NCBI GenBank assembly: GCA_023334545.1
Contig: JAADVB010000009.1
Span: 94,803-158,802, forward strand
Length of the DNA: 64,000 bases
DNA from: Salisapilia sapeloensis CBS 127946
Taxonomy: Eukaryota > Protista > Oomycota
Reading direction: 5' to 3'
A program made the position numbers and the translations under genes. The notes under the pieces are model-generated. The model ran no database searches, was not told the DNA's origin, and was given only the letters and a program-made list of their open reading frames with translations. Of this stretch, positions 42,204 through 54,950 are shown in pieces; position 1 is the first letter of the stretch; each line of letters begins with the position of its first letter.

Positions 42204-42837
42204 GTTAGCGCTACCGAAATTGGGTCGCATTTTATGTGATGCACTATGCGTCCTTATCGTGGAAAGATTTCGAGGCGAAAATCGACCGTTTCGGTTCTGA
42301 AGTGACTACCACACCATGCTGTTTAAATAAGCCAATATTGGAAGCAAGTACAACCTAGCCTCAACCAAAGGCTTCATTATTAATTGAAAGGTTGTACTCA
42401 ATGCTTAGGTTATAATGAACGCCCTATAGTGCTAAAGACGTTAGCATATAAAAAGTCAAGCACTGGATCTGTCTAGTAGCAATAGTAGACGGACACCCTG
42501 GCAAGTTCAATGCCGTTTGTGCTCATGTTAAGCAATTTTGGGTGAGTATATCGATGAAGTCGACCCATTTTATTCAGTAAAAACCATATCCCGTTCAATA
42601 CAGAGTAGTGCTGAGCCCGAAACTCGCATCACTTTCGAATGATATTTCGCGCCTATCTGTGTTTGATCCAATCTTGAAAAGGCACTTTAATGGAGCTTCA
42701 ATAGCATGGAGGTGATCTCCTACATGTCCGCATGCAAAGACAGCACAACTTTACAACCTCAAACAAATGAATCGAAAGATAGTTTGCATTGAATGCAACA
42801 CGAAGTTTGTTTTGGTTCCACTACATCCGTCTTTTTA

Positions 42838-44395
42838 TCAGGCGTAGCAGTTGCGGCCTTTGCTACCAAACTTGGGAATGTACCAGCAATGCTGCTCGTC
42901 GATGCCGCCGACGACACTTTTGTCAATGTCCATATTCATCACCCAAGAATCGTCGAAAGTGAAGAAGCGTGCTTGAAGCCAATTTTCACTCATTGCGAGC
43001 GAGAAGATTCCGTATGGGTAGTTGCCCGCTGACCACACATTTTCAATATAGTCTTTGGCATACGGAGGCGTTCCCGACGGAGACTCGTTTTGAATGCCAC
43101 CTCCCGCTCCGTTCTCAATAAAGTGTGTCTACAAAGAAATTGGGTTAGTAGGCACATGTGGCAGGCATAGTAACTGGCCTTCGCGTACCTTGAAAGCGGC
43201 GTAGTCGTGCTTCTCTCCGTGAGTATGACCGAACATAAACAGCTGAACTCCCAATCCATCCAGGAGCTCTCGCCATTCCTCAGCCTTTTCTGGAGCGTAG
43301 TGATTGTATGGACCATAGTGAGTGTTGACAAGCTTCCATGTTGCAGTTGAGGCTTTCACGGCTTCCTTTAGTTGCTGCCGAGAATCCATTGCCCAGTCCT
43401 TTAACTGTTTCATGCATGCGTCGTACATGCCTGTGTTACCACCAGCACAATACTTATCACCACGCATTACGTTTTCGCAACTATCGTCGTCACCACCGGC
43501 ATATCCGTAGCACTGGCAGCAAATCTGAGTCGCTCCGTGCGAATCGGCATCATTCGTATCCTAATGGCTAATTGTAAGCACATGATATAAAAGCGGAAGC
43601 AGAGCTATGTACCATATTGAAAATGTCCGCTCGGAGACCAGTTGCTGGGTCCTCTAGTGAGTGGACGAAGAAGTGATCTGGAAGGCGCCACCGGTTGTCG
43701 TTTGGACTGACGTACTCCGATTGCAGAGCAAACTTTTGGTTTAGATGATAAATCAATTCTTCACTCGAACTGCATTCTGTCGGCACATCATTCTGTGAGC
43801 AAATGTAGCTCGCACCGCCATAGTCGTGGTTTCCAAGCACATTGATCCATGGGATACCCTGTAAACTAGCGTCTGCGTACTTCTTTTCGAATGTCTCTTC
43901 AAAGCGATATGCTTGGTCCGTCGAGCTCATAAGACCTAGCCAGTAGAAGTTATCACCATGACTAATGATCACCGATGGCTTTGGCTGAGCTTCTGCAGCA
44001 GCGAGACCAAGCAGCGAAGCTGTATATTCCATTGCGTTGTAGTCCTTGATCGTATACGTGTCGCGACGCGAGCAGCAGGAGCCTCCTTTTTTCATGATAG
44101 TTCTTCCCCAGTCACCAATGGCAAGTGCTGTTATCGAATACGTCTCACTCGTCGGGTTTGGCAACTTCATCTCCTTTTCTAAATCACTCTCTTTCCTCGT
44201 TTTGTTAAACGTCGATAGATGGGGTTTTGTTATGCTGCGAGGCTTCGACGTGGCATCAGGTTCGGGTCTATCATCTTGACTTTCGTTTAGCTTTGCTGGC
44301 GCTTGGTTTCCGACCGTAAGTACGAGCGATAATACTGTGGCGACAATGACAAGCAGAGAGAGGACTGCGATGGCAATAATACGTCTGCGAGCCAT
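42838..44395 (-). CDS. Calcineurin-like metallophosphoesterase (purple/tartrate-resistant acid phosphatase-like), type-II membrane anchored, 3 exons
   Basis: Exons 43613-44395, 43189-43560, 42838-43128 (52- and 60-nt introns) give 481 aa; GDWG, GDNFY, GNHDY, VNTHY, GHTH metal-ligand motifs; N-terminal TM IIAIAVLSLLVIVATVLSLVLTV. Confidence 0.9.
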
Positions 44396-44422
44396 TGCTG
44401 AGGTTGCTTAAGACGGTAGCAG

Positions 44423-44438
44423 GCAAAACCAAGAATGA
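44423..44438 (-). promoter_or_regulatory. Oomycete-type Inr + FPR core promoter element
   Basis: Minus strand TCATTCTTGGTTTTGC, about 30-45 nt upstream of ATG 44395. Confidence 0.5.
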
Positions 44439-44961
44439 GAGAGTTGTGGGTCGAGGATAGATACTGTTTGAAAGATGCGGATGCGTGTGATCCAAGTCCT
44501 GCTGGAGTAGTAACTTGACAGAGATGAAGTGGCCCTATCTTTCACATTGGCATCTAGTATGAATGATGTAACAGCAGTCTACAAACTGGATGGAAAGCTT
44601 ACGCTTACAAGGATAGAATGTGAACCGCATCTTTTCTTCGTATGCACATCAGTCATCTTGCTACATCAATCTCGATATCCCGTGTCCAAGTTTTGTTGTC
44701 AAGGTACTATTCCTATATATTTGTACATTATTTGGCAAAGTTGGAGATCTGTAACCGACTAAGCTAATACTTGGCATTTAGTAATAGAGTCCTATTCAAT
44801 TTCTGTCTCTAGTCGTCAGAATATTTGTCATCTCTATATTCTAACTCGACCTCGTACTGACATTTGTAGTCCACTTTCATTCTATGAATAGATGGGTCAA
44901 GATTTTTATCACCGTGAATGGCCGTTGTTCGTCCGCTTAGACAATAGCAACGAATTGATCA

Positions 44962-47900
44962 ATGGATGCGCCACCACAAGGTCCGAATGTGGTACCACTT
45001 CTTCGAACAAAGCCAAAACTTGCAAATATATCTCAACGTAACAGCAGTCGTGCCTGTGCTGATGACGAGAAAGAGAAAACAACATCGCGCAAGCGAACTT
45101 CCGTTTCCAGTACTGCACACACACGAGCAAATGTTCGATCTGTGGCTCAAGTAAAGATTCTGGTAAAAAAGTCAAGAGAAAGAATTCAAGAAATTGAAAG
45201 CTCTCAGGTTTCCACGCACAAGATAAACCTTAATACCATCGATGATTCTCAGTATGCAGCAGCATGTACACCAATGCAAGATGAAGCTCAAATAGGACAA
45301 GAGGGGAAAAGCAAGATGCCATTGCTTGTTATCGATACGAAAGACATTGTATGGAAAGCGACAGTAAAAGATGACATCGAAAAATTTATGTATCCCAGTC
45401 TATGTCTGGAAACTTTGTACAGTGATAAATCGAATGAGGTAGATGATGCATATCCATCTGCGAGCGACGTCCAAGAGGTCCTGAGCAGCTCTACCGGAGT
45501 GGAATGGCGCACAGAGTCAAAGTACGTTCGACCAGAACAATCTGGACCAGAAGATAGCCATGTTCGCTCCACAAAGGAAGAATCATATCATGCGCGATTG
45601 GACAGGAGGTTGGATGTCGGCGAAGCAGTACTATGTAAAAGTGAGATTGGTGGCATGAAAATGATTCAGCTTTATGAACCCCCCGCGTCAGGTGTAAGGA
45701 CTTTGAAAGAACATGCTTCGTATCGACCTAGTACGGCAGGAAGGCTACAGCTAAAACCTGTTAATCACATTCATGGCAACAACTCGGGGGAAGGATCAAA
45801 GGAAATTAACGAGTACCAACAAACACATATGTGGAAGGTGCCGCGTACGAGAGAGTAAGTATTTACCAATGCACCGTTGTGATATCCATTAACGCGCCAT
45901 TTTTATGATGATAGAAATCTGAAAGCTATTCAAGATCATAGTACGACGCAAGGACAAATCAAGTGCTACCAGAATAAGCAAAAGCTGTTCGAAAAGTGGA
46001 AAAGAATCCAAGTATCGAATGATCATTTATCTGGAAACGACTATGATGCACAAATAGCATCAACTGTGGAGCCAGCATCGCCAAATACTCTATCACCACG
46101 ATCTGCTTTCTACAACGAGTGCATCCGCAATGATGTCCTCCCTGAACCACTTTTCTCCAGACTAAAAGCTGTCAAAGAAGTTCGGTCTCCTCTTCCCCCA
46201 CAAAAGCATAGAATGTCTCTTGCCACAGTTACAGCAACACTTGTTCAGTCTATTCGTGCACAGAGGGAGCAAGAAGGAGGCAATATGAAAACCAGTCGCA
46301 AGAAGGGTGCAAACCAAAAAGAGGCAAATGACTTGGCTCTTCACTTACAGCACTTTGGACTTGGTGATGCACGAACAAGAGCACTTGGAAAAGCACTAGG
46401 AGATTTCGTTCACATCCAAGTACTAAACTTGAGCAACAATCGGCTGACAGACGATTCGATCATATTTCTGCTGCAATGTCTTGAGAAAGCAAGCCTTAGT
46501 AGCGGTAACAATGTAGAGGAGGACAGTTCTATAAAGAAGAGACCTAACATGCCAAAACGATCGCATAGCATGCGTTCACTCAACCGAAATATGGTCCTTA
46601 AGTCTCTAAACCTCAGTCAGAATACCGTTGGCCAACGTGGCTGTGCTCAAATCGCACATTTCTTGGGTATTTGTCGCGCTTTATCAAAGCTAGATTTGTC
46701 TAGGATGAAGTTGAGAGACGGACAAGCGTTGGCACCATTGACAACAGCAATCGAATGCCATCCAAAGTTGCAAGTAGTGAATCTGTCACATAACGAAATT
46801 GGGGAAGAAGGTGGAAACTTACTTGGCGATATGATTTCGCAACCGACTTGTTATGTCCAAGAGCTTAACTTGTCATGGAACAAAATATGCAGATCGGGAG
46901 CCGTTGCCATCGGTCGAGCTATTCGTACAAACACAGCGCTGATTAAATTACAATTGGCAATGAATCGGTTCGGCGATGATGGTGGGGAACAGCTTGCGTA
47001 TTCAATGACAACAAACTCTTCATTGAAAGAGCTGGATTTGTGTCGAACTGCCATTGGCGGTCGGACTGCAGTCGCTTTTGGCTTCTATTTACGAAAAAAT
47101 AAAACTCTCGAGCGACTGGAGCTTCACGACAATACCTTGACTCTCATCGGCACCAAAGCACTAGTGCGCGCTGTAGCATTGGGATCCAAGTGCAGTATTG
47201 ATCTTTCTGTTCATGGCAATGAAACAAGGAGTGGTGAGAGAGATCCTGTGTTCGACTCAAGGTTTCCATCTAGGTCATCGCCATTCGTACTTCACCTCGA
47301 AGCTTCTCCCTATGAGTATGCTGTAGCGAGTGAGCTACTAGCTGCTGCTTTTACTTATCAACGCTGTCTGCTTTCGGATATCACCTACACTGACATTCGT
47401 GATGGTGAAGAACGAAAAACAAGTTTAATTCCGGCTGTGGAGCGTCTTTGCTTGCTCGACACAGTTGCAGAAAAGCGCTGGATATTGCCTCAGTATGGCA
47501 CGTTGGAGGTAAGCGCGAGCTTTCTACCACCTCCCATGCCCACTGCGAACAGCATTTTAAAAGAGAGTCGGTGCTTTGCACTTATCACTCTTATTAAACG
47601 CGCATTTTCATCTCGAGAGATGGCTACAATGCTAGATCTGGTGCTAGACGATCTCTACTTAACGACCGATCTAGCTTCGTACTTCATTTCGCAATTGAAA
47701 GGATGCATTCCGATAGTAGATATGATTGGAAAGTTGTGGTCGTGCTTGATCGATGGCGAAAATGCGTTTGACTTTCTCCAAAAGCATCTCCAACAATCGG
47801 AGCAACGCTACTTGATCAACACGTACGGAATGAGTACAATTCAGTTTACCACGGCTAATCCAACCGGGCAATGGTGTCTTGATCTTAGTGACAGCCATCA

Positions 47901-48846
47901 AAGACGAATTGCAGTTTGGTTTGCGATATTGAACGAGGTTGAGGTAGTTGAACACCAACGACTGAATTCAAAGCGAACGGATGCAGCACAGTTCGGCAAA
48001 GGGTATCGTTGGCGCAATGTGAGCTACAACAGTCGGCCGCTTCAGTTGACGTATGCATTTTTTAATTATTTGCCTCTCTCCGGCATTTTGCGTTTTGATT
48101 ATGCTTCGACAAGAAGACCAGAGGATGTGGAAACGGATGTTGCAATTACAAGCCAAGATGAAGTGCGTGGTATCATGAATTGTATTGGAGCGGAAGTATT
48201 CTCCATTTACATTCCGATCGCAAAGCGTAAAGATTTGCGGTATCAACTAGTGTTGTTTCATGTTGCTATTGGCGGCAAGAATATTATGAGTGAAACCGCA
48301 CACTACATTTTACAGAACTTCCCCAAGAATTATGAAAACTGTCGTCTAAAGCTTTTGATATCACTACATCGGTACTTATTGGATTTGGAAAATCTCGGAG
48401 GCCTTCTAGATCGACTACATGCAGCAGACCGACAGAAGGTGTATGTGATACTAGGTTACTTGAACTGCCTGAATCCGTTGGTCATCGATATGGACTATGA
48501 AATTGATTTTGAGCATGATGATGAGAAGAACCTGTTACGATCATTCGTGGAGCTGTCGATCGCATGTCCAATGGATGTTATTCGCATCGAAAGTGATAGA
48601 TCGGACGTACTTGTCATTTACTCCATGTACCAAAACAACTCTGTACCAGTGAAGGGTAAAATGTTCTTTCGCTATATATCTCATCCGCTACCGTCGCGGG
48701 TAGAATGGCTCAAAGCTCGAGTACCAATTTTTCGCTGCTTTTTATGCGGATCGCGTCTACGGTCCTTACCAGAAAGCGACCTCCTGTCGTATGCGATTTG
48801 TAGCAATAATGTTACTCCTATAACTCCTACAACATCAAATATATAG
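44962..48846 (+). CDS. Large RNI-type leucine-rich-repeat protein (2 exons, 1274 aa) with repeated uncharacterised C-terminal module
   Basis: ORFs 44962-45858 and 46066-48846 share a frame and are joined by a 60-nt GTAAGT..TAG intron (45855-45914) that removes both stops; LRRs LNLSNNRL, LNLSQNTV, VNLSHNEI, LNLSWNKI, LQLAMNRF, LELHDNTL. Confidence 0.8.
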
Positions 48847-49004
48847 ACAGGACTAGTACCGTCGAATTTCCCAAGTTTCCATTGCGTACACGTGATATCC
48901 ATCTTTACAAGATCGGATACTTGGCTACACTTTTGCTATATTAAATGCGCAATTCCTATTAAATACGCATAACACTAATTCTGAACACGAAAACACGAAT
49001 CGAG

Positions 49005-51028
49005 ATGGTTGGTACGCGTCGGAAGCGTGGAGAGGCTCCTGCTGCTTCTATCGATGGCGATACAGCTCCAGATACCTCTAAAAGTACCAATACAGATGTA
49101 CCGAGTACTTTAGATAAGGAAGAGTCGCCTAGTGTACCTAAAGAGGAGGAAGAGTCATCAGATGAGGAAGGGCCTCCGCTACCGATGCCAGAACCCACTC
49201 CTGCCGCAAAGAAACGCCGCAAAGAACTTGCATTCGAGTCTATCTATGTTAAAAACCTTCCGAGCGCTGCCATGTACGAGAAAAGCTACATGCACCGCGA
49301 CGTCGTGACGCACGTGGTCGTGGCACAGGAGCCTCAGTTCCTCATTACAGCCAGCCGAGACGGTCACGTAAAATTTTGGAAGAAGATGAGCCAAGGCATC
49401 GAGTTTGTTAAGCACTACAAGGCCCATGTCGATGAGATTCTAGGTCTATCCGTGTCCATGGACGGTTACCGCCTCATTTCGACCTCTGCCGACAAGACCA
49501 TGAAATTTTATGACGTCCTAGGGTTTGACATGGTCAACATGCTCACCATTCCCTTTACTCCATCTCACTGCTGCTGGATCTACCAGACTGGAGCAGCCGA
49601 CCCGAAGGTCGTGGTGGCGGATCGAGACGAACCGATTCTAAGGGTCTTTAATGCAGAAAGTAGCACGTCGAATCCGTTGCAGGTCATTGACAAGATCCAT
49701 CGCGGAGTAGTGACCTGCCTAGCATTCAACAGTGTATTTAATATGGTTGTCAGTAGCGATACAAAGGGTCATATCGAATACTGGAGCGCATCGACGTATC
49801 ACTCGGCAAGTAAAAGTGACGGCCTTCAGTTTAAATTCAAAGGCGAGACGGATTTATATGAACTAGCAAAGAAAAAGACACAAGCGACATCTATTGACAT
49901 TAGCCGTGATGGTCAGAACATTGTCGTCACGGCTGCAGACGACTGCGTTCGTGTCTTTCGATTCGCAAGTGGCAAGCTCCGTCGAGCGTATGACGAAAGC
50001 GTTACCGTGATGGAAGATGCCATGGCCGATGGGACGCTTCAGCTAGAATCGTCCGACTTTGGTCGACGACTGGCGGTCGAGAAGGAACTAAAGGACTCTC
50101 GATCCTGCGGAAATTGTATCTTTGACGAGTCAGGACACTTTATTCTCTACTCGACACTTGCAGGCGTGAAGGTCGTGAACATCGAGACGAACCACGTCGT
50201 CCGGGTGTTGGGCAAGGTAGAACACTCCGACCGGTTCGTCCACCTCGCGCTCTTCCAAGGAACACCCAAGGTGAACTCTCAGATGGAGAAGCACCTCGCT
50301 TCGTCTCAAAAAGGACGTAAGACGGAGATCATGTCGGATGACTTTGCCGACAAGAAACGCGCGACGGACCCGACGCTTTTCTGTACTTCGTTCAAGAAAC
50401 ACCGTTTCTTCCTCTTCAGTGGGCGGGAGCCAGCAGAAGAGAGAGATGTGTTCAACGAAAAGCCGACTCTGGATGAATCGCAGGTCGCGACGGATGGTGC
50501 AGACGTCATGGGCGAGAAGGCAGTGCTCCATACGACCATGGGCGACATTGTGATTCGATTGTTCAGCAAAGAGTGTCCGAAGACGATTGAAAACTTTTGT
50601 ACGCATGCTAGGAACGGGTACTATGACAACGTCATTTTCCACCGCGTGATCAAAAACTTTATGGTCCAGACGGGAGATCCACTCGGGGATGGTACTGGAG
50701 GTGAAAGCATTTGGGGAGGTGAATTTGAAGACGAGTTCAACCGGAATCTACGTCACGACCGAGCGTTCACCGTCTCTGTACGTACTCGATAGCGAATTGA
50801 CTTGATAAGTACTCACTTTTGTGGTAGATGGCGAACGCTGGACCGAATACGAACGGATCGCAGTTCTTTATCACGACGGTGCCGACGCCGTGGCTCGACA
50901 ATAAACACACTGTATTCGGCCGAGTCGAGCATGGGAGTGACACCGTCTCCACGATCGAACAGACACCCACAGACAAGTACGATCGTCCGGAAGATGACAT
51001 TAAGATCATTAACATTGACATTTCGTAA
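49005..51028 (+). CDS. PPWD1: Peptidylprolyl isomerase domain and WD repeat-containing protein 1
   Basis: [35 protein letters not shown], cyclophilin [56 protein letters not shown]; exons 49005-50777 and 50828-51028, 657 aa. Confidence 0.95.
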
Positions 51029-51132
51029 AAGAGCCGTTAATTGTTGCAATCGACGCTACATTTCAGTTGCTATCAAGAAAGAAATCGTATTGAAGTTCAT
51101 CCTCAAAAGATTTTTTCTTACAAGGAAGAAGG

Positions 51133-52517
51133 ATGCGCTTCGTGCTTGGTGTCGCCCTCGTAGGACTCTTGTCTACTCCAACTGCATTCGCAGAGGATGG
51201 AGACGCCTCTCCTGTGTACTTGCCTCACTTTCCTACCTTAAATAACGCCAATTGCCACACGTTCTCGAGTGAGAACGAGTGCAAGACGAACCACTGCACC
51301 TGGTGCGTGTCTTCTGCTGTCAAGTCCTCTTGCTACAGCGAGGAGGAAGCAAAGTCACTGCCACCGTCCATCTTCCGCTGTGATAAGGCGGAGGAGACGG
51401 AAGGTCAGTGGGTGCTCACGAGTACTCCTGTCGACGAGGAAGGATACCGATCCCTCTTCACTGCGTGGAAAGCGACGCATGAGAAAAAGTATGCCTCCGA
51501 CTTGGAGGACGAAAAGCGGGCTAGCATCTTCCGTGCGAGCGTTGAGCAAGTTGCCAACCACAACTCCCGAAACGACGTCTCCTACACGCTGGAGCTGAAT
51601 GAGTTCGCCGACACGACATGGTACGTACTGTTGTTATCATTATGCTTCACGAGAAGCTCATACAGTTCATGTATCTTGTTAACAGTTAGCTAACTTTTAT
51701 ACTGAAATGATCTGATAACAGGGATGAGTTCCAGGATCTCTACCTCGGAGCTCCTCAGCACTGTTCAGCAACGCACACGAGGTAGATACCATTCTCTTTA
51801 TGATATAAATGCATTATACTGACAATATCTCGTAGCAACATCGACCTGTCGGCTGCGGATGCGCCAGAAGAGAAGGACTGGCGTGATGGCGGATACGTTT
51901 CTCCCGTGAAGAACCAAGGCAAGTGCGGTTCATGCTGGTCCTTCTCGACGACCGGGTGCCTCGAGAGTCACGTCTTGATTAAGCACAAGAAGTTGGTCCT
52001 ACTCTCAGAGCAGAATCTCATGGACTGTGCGACGAACTTTGACAATCACGGATGCGACGGTGGTCTCCCGTCCCACGCATTTGAGTACGTCAAGTACAAT
52101 GGCGGATTGGACACGGAGAGCACGTACCCATACGAGATGAAGCAAGGCAAGTGCAAGTTCAACGAGTACCACATTGGTGTCCAAGTGGACGAGGTGGTGA
52201 ACATCACTTCGACGGACGAAGGGCAGTTGAAGGCTGCCGTTGGATCCACTGGACCTGTGAGTGTGGCGTTCCAAGTGGTAGACGACTTCCGGTTTTACAA
52301 GAGTGGCGTGTACTCTTCGAAAGAGTGTCGCGCGGGCGAGAAGGACGTGAACCACGCGGTGCTGGCGGTCGGATATGGCACGGCCGCGGACATGAAGCAC
52401 TGGATCGTCAAGAACAGTTGGGGTCCAAAGTGGGGCAGCAACGGATACTTCCAGATTGAACGCGGTGCCAACATGTGTGGCATCGGCACGTGCGCTTCTT
52501 ACCCTGTGATTCACTAA
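51133..52517 (+). CDS. CTSH: Cathepsin H/aleurain-like papain (C1A) preproprotease with extra N-terminal Cys-rich domain, 3 exons
   Basis: Exons 51133-51620, 51722-51781, 51836-52517 give 409 aa; signal peptide, I29 propeptide, mini-chain PQHCSAT, QGKCGSCWSFS, NHAVLAVGYG, KNSWG. Confidence 0.9.
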
Positions 52518-53208
52518 GATGAAAGTGGAGAAAGCTTGCAGATGGCAAAGGTCATAAACGAATCAAAGTTGGTTTGAAGTCGTTTACTTTATAGCTGCTG
52601 TATTGTGCTGCGTCTAGGCTAAGGACAGGGAAGTAGTCAGGGCGAGTCTTTCAATTTTAGTTACAGTCCCTCGTTGCGGATGTGATAGCAACTTGATAGG
52701 CCACATATTAATGGTGGCTACCGATCGTTTCTAGTGCGCAATTAGGACGACTTTGCCTCTTTATTAACTTTGTTCACATTCACCGCGAGAATGTTTCTCG
52801 TAAGAATGTCTTACCTATGGACAGCTTGCGTCCACCACTTACCTGGTTCGCGTGCCATCATCGAATTAGATTACTTTTACCAAGAAACACATTCCAACCT
52901 TTTCTAGTTTCGCCATAATACCACGATACTACCTATGTCATTAAGTACAGGTAAAGTATATCATACTTAATCATTCTCAGGCCATTTCTTCGTTCATAGT
53001 CATTATCGAGAGGGAATAACCGACTATTCGTACCATAAAGCGATGGACAGAATTTTTTGCTCAGATTCTGTATTCCTCTCGCGTCCGTACGTATCGACCT
53101 TCGCTTTTCTCGATACGTCTGCGACGCATCTCGACACCCATTGCATTGTCGTTTCATCTAGTCTAACTAGATCCTACTATCTCCACATCTCCTTACGCCA
53201 AAGACACC

Positions 53209-54345
53209 ATGGGGCGCGGTCACGACCATGAACGGACGCCTCTAAAGAACTCCTCCTACTCGGAGCGATCTGCTTCCAGTCGCTCTCGCATCCCTCTCAC
53301 CGACTCTGCTCAGTCCGCGCAGAGGAAGCTCAAGCTCGCATGCATCTGCTCGTTGGTCTTCATGTTCGCTGAGGTCGTCGGTGGCTTCATCGCCGGCTCC
53401 CTCGCCATTATGACGGACGCGGCGCACTTGCTATCGGATGTTGCCGGTTTCTGCATCTCCCTCTTTGCCATCTGGATGAGCACCATGCCTGCCTCCTCTC
53501 GACTCACCTTTGGCTTCCACCGAGCCGAAGTCATCGGTGCCGTCATCTCGGTGCTCTTCATCTGGGTGCTCACTGGCGTACTCGTCTACGCTGCAATCGA
53601 TCGCTTCATCCTGTGCTTGCAACCAGACACGGAAGAGCTGGTGGACGGCAAGCTCATGTTCATCGTCGCCGTGATCGGTCTCTGCGTCAACCTCGCTCTT
53701 ATGAAGATCCTCGGTGAGCACGGCCATTCCCACGGAATTGGCCACTCGCATGACCACAGCCACTCGCACGGCCATTCACATAGCCACGGTCACGCCAAGG
53801 ATGAAGAGAATGGATATGGAAGTGTCAAGACGGAAGAGAAACAGTCGCTAGAGAATTTGAATATCCAAGCAGCGTACATCCATGCACTAGGAGACTTTAT
53901 CCAGAGCATCGGTGTGTGCATCGCAGGTGCCTTGATCTGGTACAATCCAGACTGGCAGATCGCTGACCCCATTGCGACCTTCCTTTTCTCCATCTTGGTG
54001 CTGGCAACCACCGTCGGGATCGTCAAGGACAGTCTGCATGTGCTCATGGAAGGCACACCGGAAGGCTTTGACCCGAATGAGATTGAGGACGGATTGAGAG
54101 ACTGCACGTCTGTGGTGGCAGTGCACGACCTGCACATTTGGTCCATGAGTATGGGCAACCCGTCCTTATCGGTGCATCTCGTGTCCGTGGATCCAGATGC
54201 GTCGCTGCATGCTGCGCAAGACTACCTCATGTCGAAAGGAATTACGCACACGACGATCCAGGTAGAGAAACCGACGACGACATATCCGCGAGACTGTAAT
54301 TCCAACCTCAGTTGTGGACAAGACTCGCCTCAGAACAGTGCATAA
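53209..54345 (+). CDS. Cation diffusion facilitator, ZnT2/MTP1-like zinc transporter
   Basis: SLAIMTDAAHLLSD, FGFHRAEVIGA, His-rich loop, AAYIHALGD, ADPIATF, VHDLHIW, HTTIQVE; 378 aa. Confidence 0.93.
   Translation: MGRGHDHERTPLKNSSYSERSASSRSRIPLTDSAQSAQRKLKLACICSLVFMFAEVVGGFIAGSLAIMTDAAHLLSDVAGFCISLFAIWMSTMPASSRLTFGFHRAEVIGAVISVLFIWVLTGVLVYAAIDRFILCLQPDTEELVDGKLMFIVAVIGLCVNLALMKILGEHGHSHGIGHSHDHSHSHGHSHSHGHAKDEENGYGSVKTEEKQSLENLNIQAAYIHALGDFIQSIGVCIAGALIWYNPDWQIADPIATFLFSILVLATTVGIVKDSLHVLMEGTPEGFDPNEIEDGLRDCTSVVAVHDLHIWSMSMGNPSLSVHLVSVDPDASLHAAQDYLMSKGITHTTIQVEKPTTTYPRDCNSNLSCGQDSPQNSA
53719..53793 (+). repeat. Coding (HG/HS)n low-complexity repeat, His-rich loop of the CDF transporter
   Basis: HGHSHGIGHSHDHSHSHGHSHSHGH: 12 His in 25 aa. 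Confidence 0.85.
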
Positions 54346-54877
54346 AGTTTGTAGATACACACTTTCGATGCAAGTGATCGTGAACATGACATATTTGCCT
54401 TCGAGCGAATACCAAAGCGAACGAAATATAGCTCATCTTGAGATTGTGCATAGTATACTTGTTCGTTTTTAGTTGCGTACGATAGCGATGCAGCAAAGGT
54501 GGTATGTCGTTGTCTGCGCTGGTATGCTTTAAGGTAGAAGCTGATCGCTTGTTGACCTGTACTTCTACGCTCTAGTTGGGCCAGAGAGTATCTCTTCGCT
54601 TTCATTGGTGTACTAGACAACATGCTTCTTAGACGACTAACAAAGCTCTCATATAAGCTTCCATGCGTTGGAAAAGAAGAAACCTGGATGACTCGTATTC
54701 AAAAAGTATTTGTCAAGTTCATCGTCGCGAACAGTTGCCCAAAATGATTTCCGTACAGTGTCTAGATGTATTCACGTGAATAAATGCATTGCACGAACTT
54801 GTCAAAGTAAAGTTCATGCAGCGCCAAAATGCTGTCAGATGGAAGTGGTAAAACCAACAAAAAAAATTAAAAAGTAA

Positions 54878-54950
54878 CTCTCCCAGCTGGGCTTGAACCA
54901 GCGACCTTATGATTAACAGTCATACGCTCTACCAACTGAGCTATAGGAGA
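54878..54950 (-). tRNA. tRNA-Asn(GUU)
   Basis: Minus strand TCTCCTATAGCTCAGTTGGTAGAGCGTATGACTGTTAATCATAAGGTCGCTGGTTCAAGCCCAGCTGGGAGAG: stem TATGA/TCATA around GTT; oligo-T terminator downstream (A-tracts at about 54859-54873 on plus). Confidence 0.95.

Noticed and set aside
42491-42545. GHPG-x11-FW resembling a Ty3/Gypsy integrase zinc-finger fragment downstream of tRNA-Ala
   Set aside because: Upstream His and downstream CxxC are missing; no RT, RNase H, DDE core or LTR nearby; likely chance.
45840-45920. Apparent in-frame TAA/TGA readthrough or recoding between ORFs 44962 and 46066
   Set aside because: Fully explained by a canonical 60-nt GTAAGT..TAG intron; no need for selenocysteine or an alternative genetic code.
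52837-52846. ACTTACCTGG, the U1 snRNA 5' end motif
   Set aside because: Downstream sequence lacks the U1-70K loop, the ATTGCAC loop and an Sm site.
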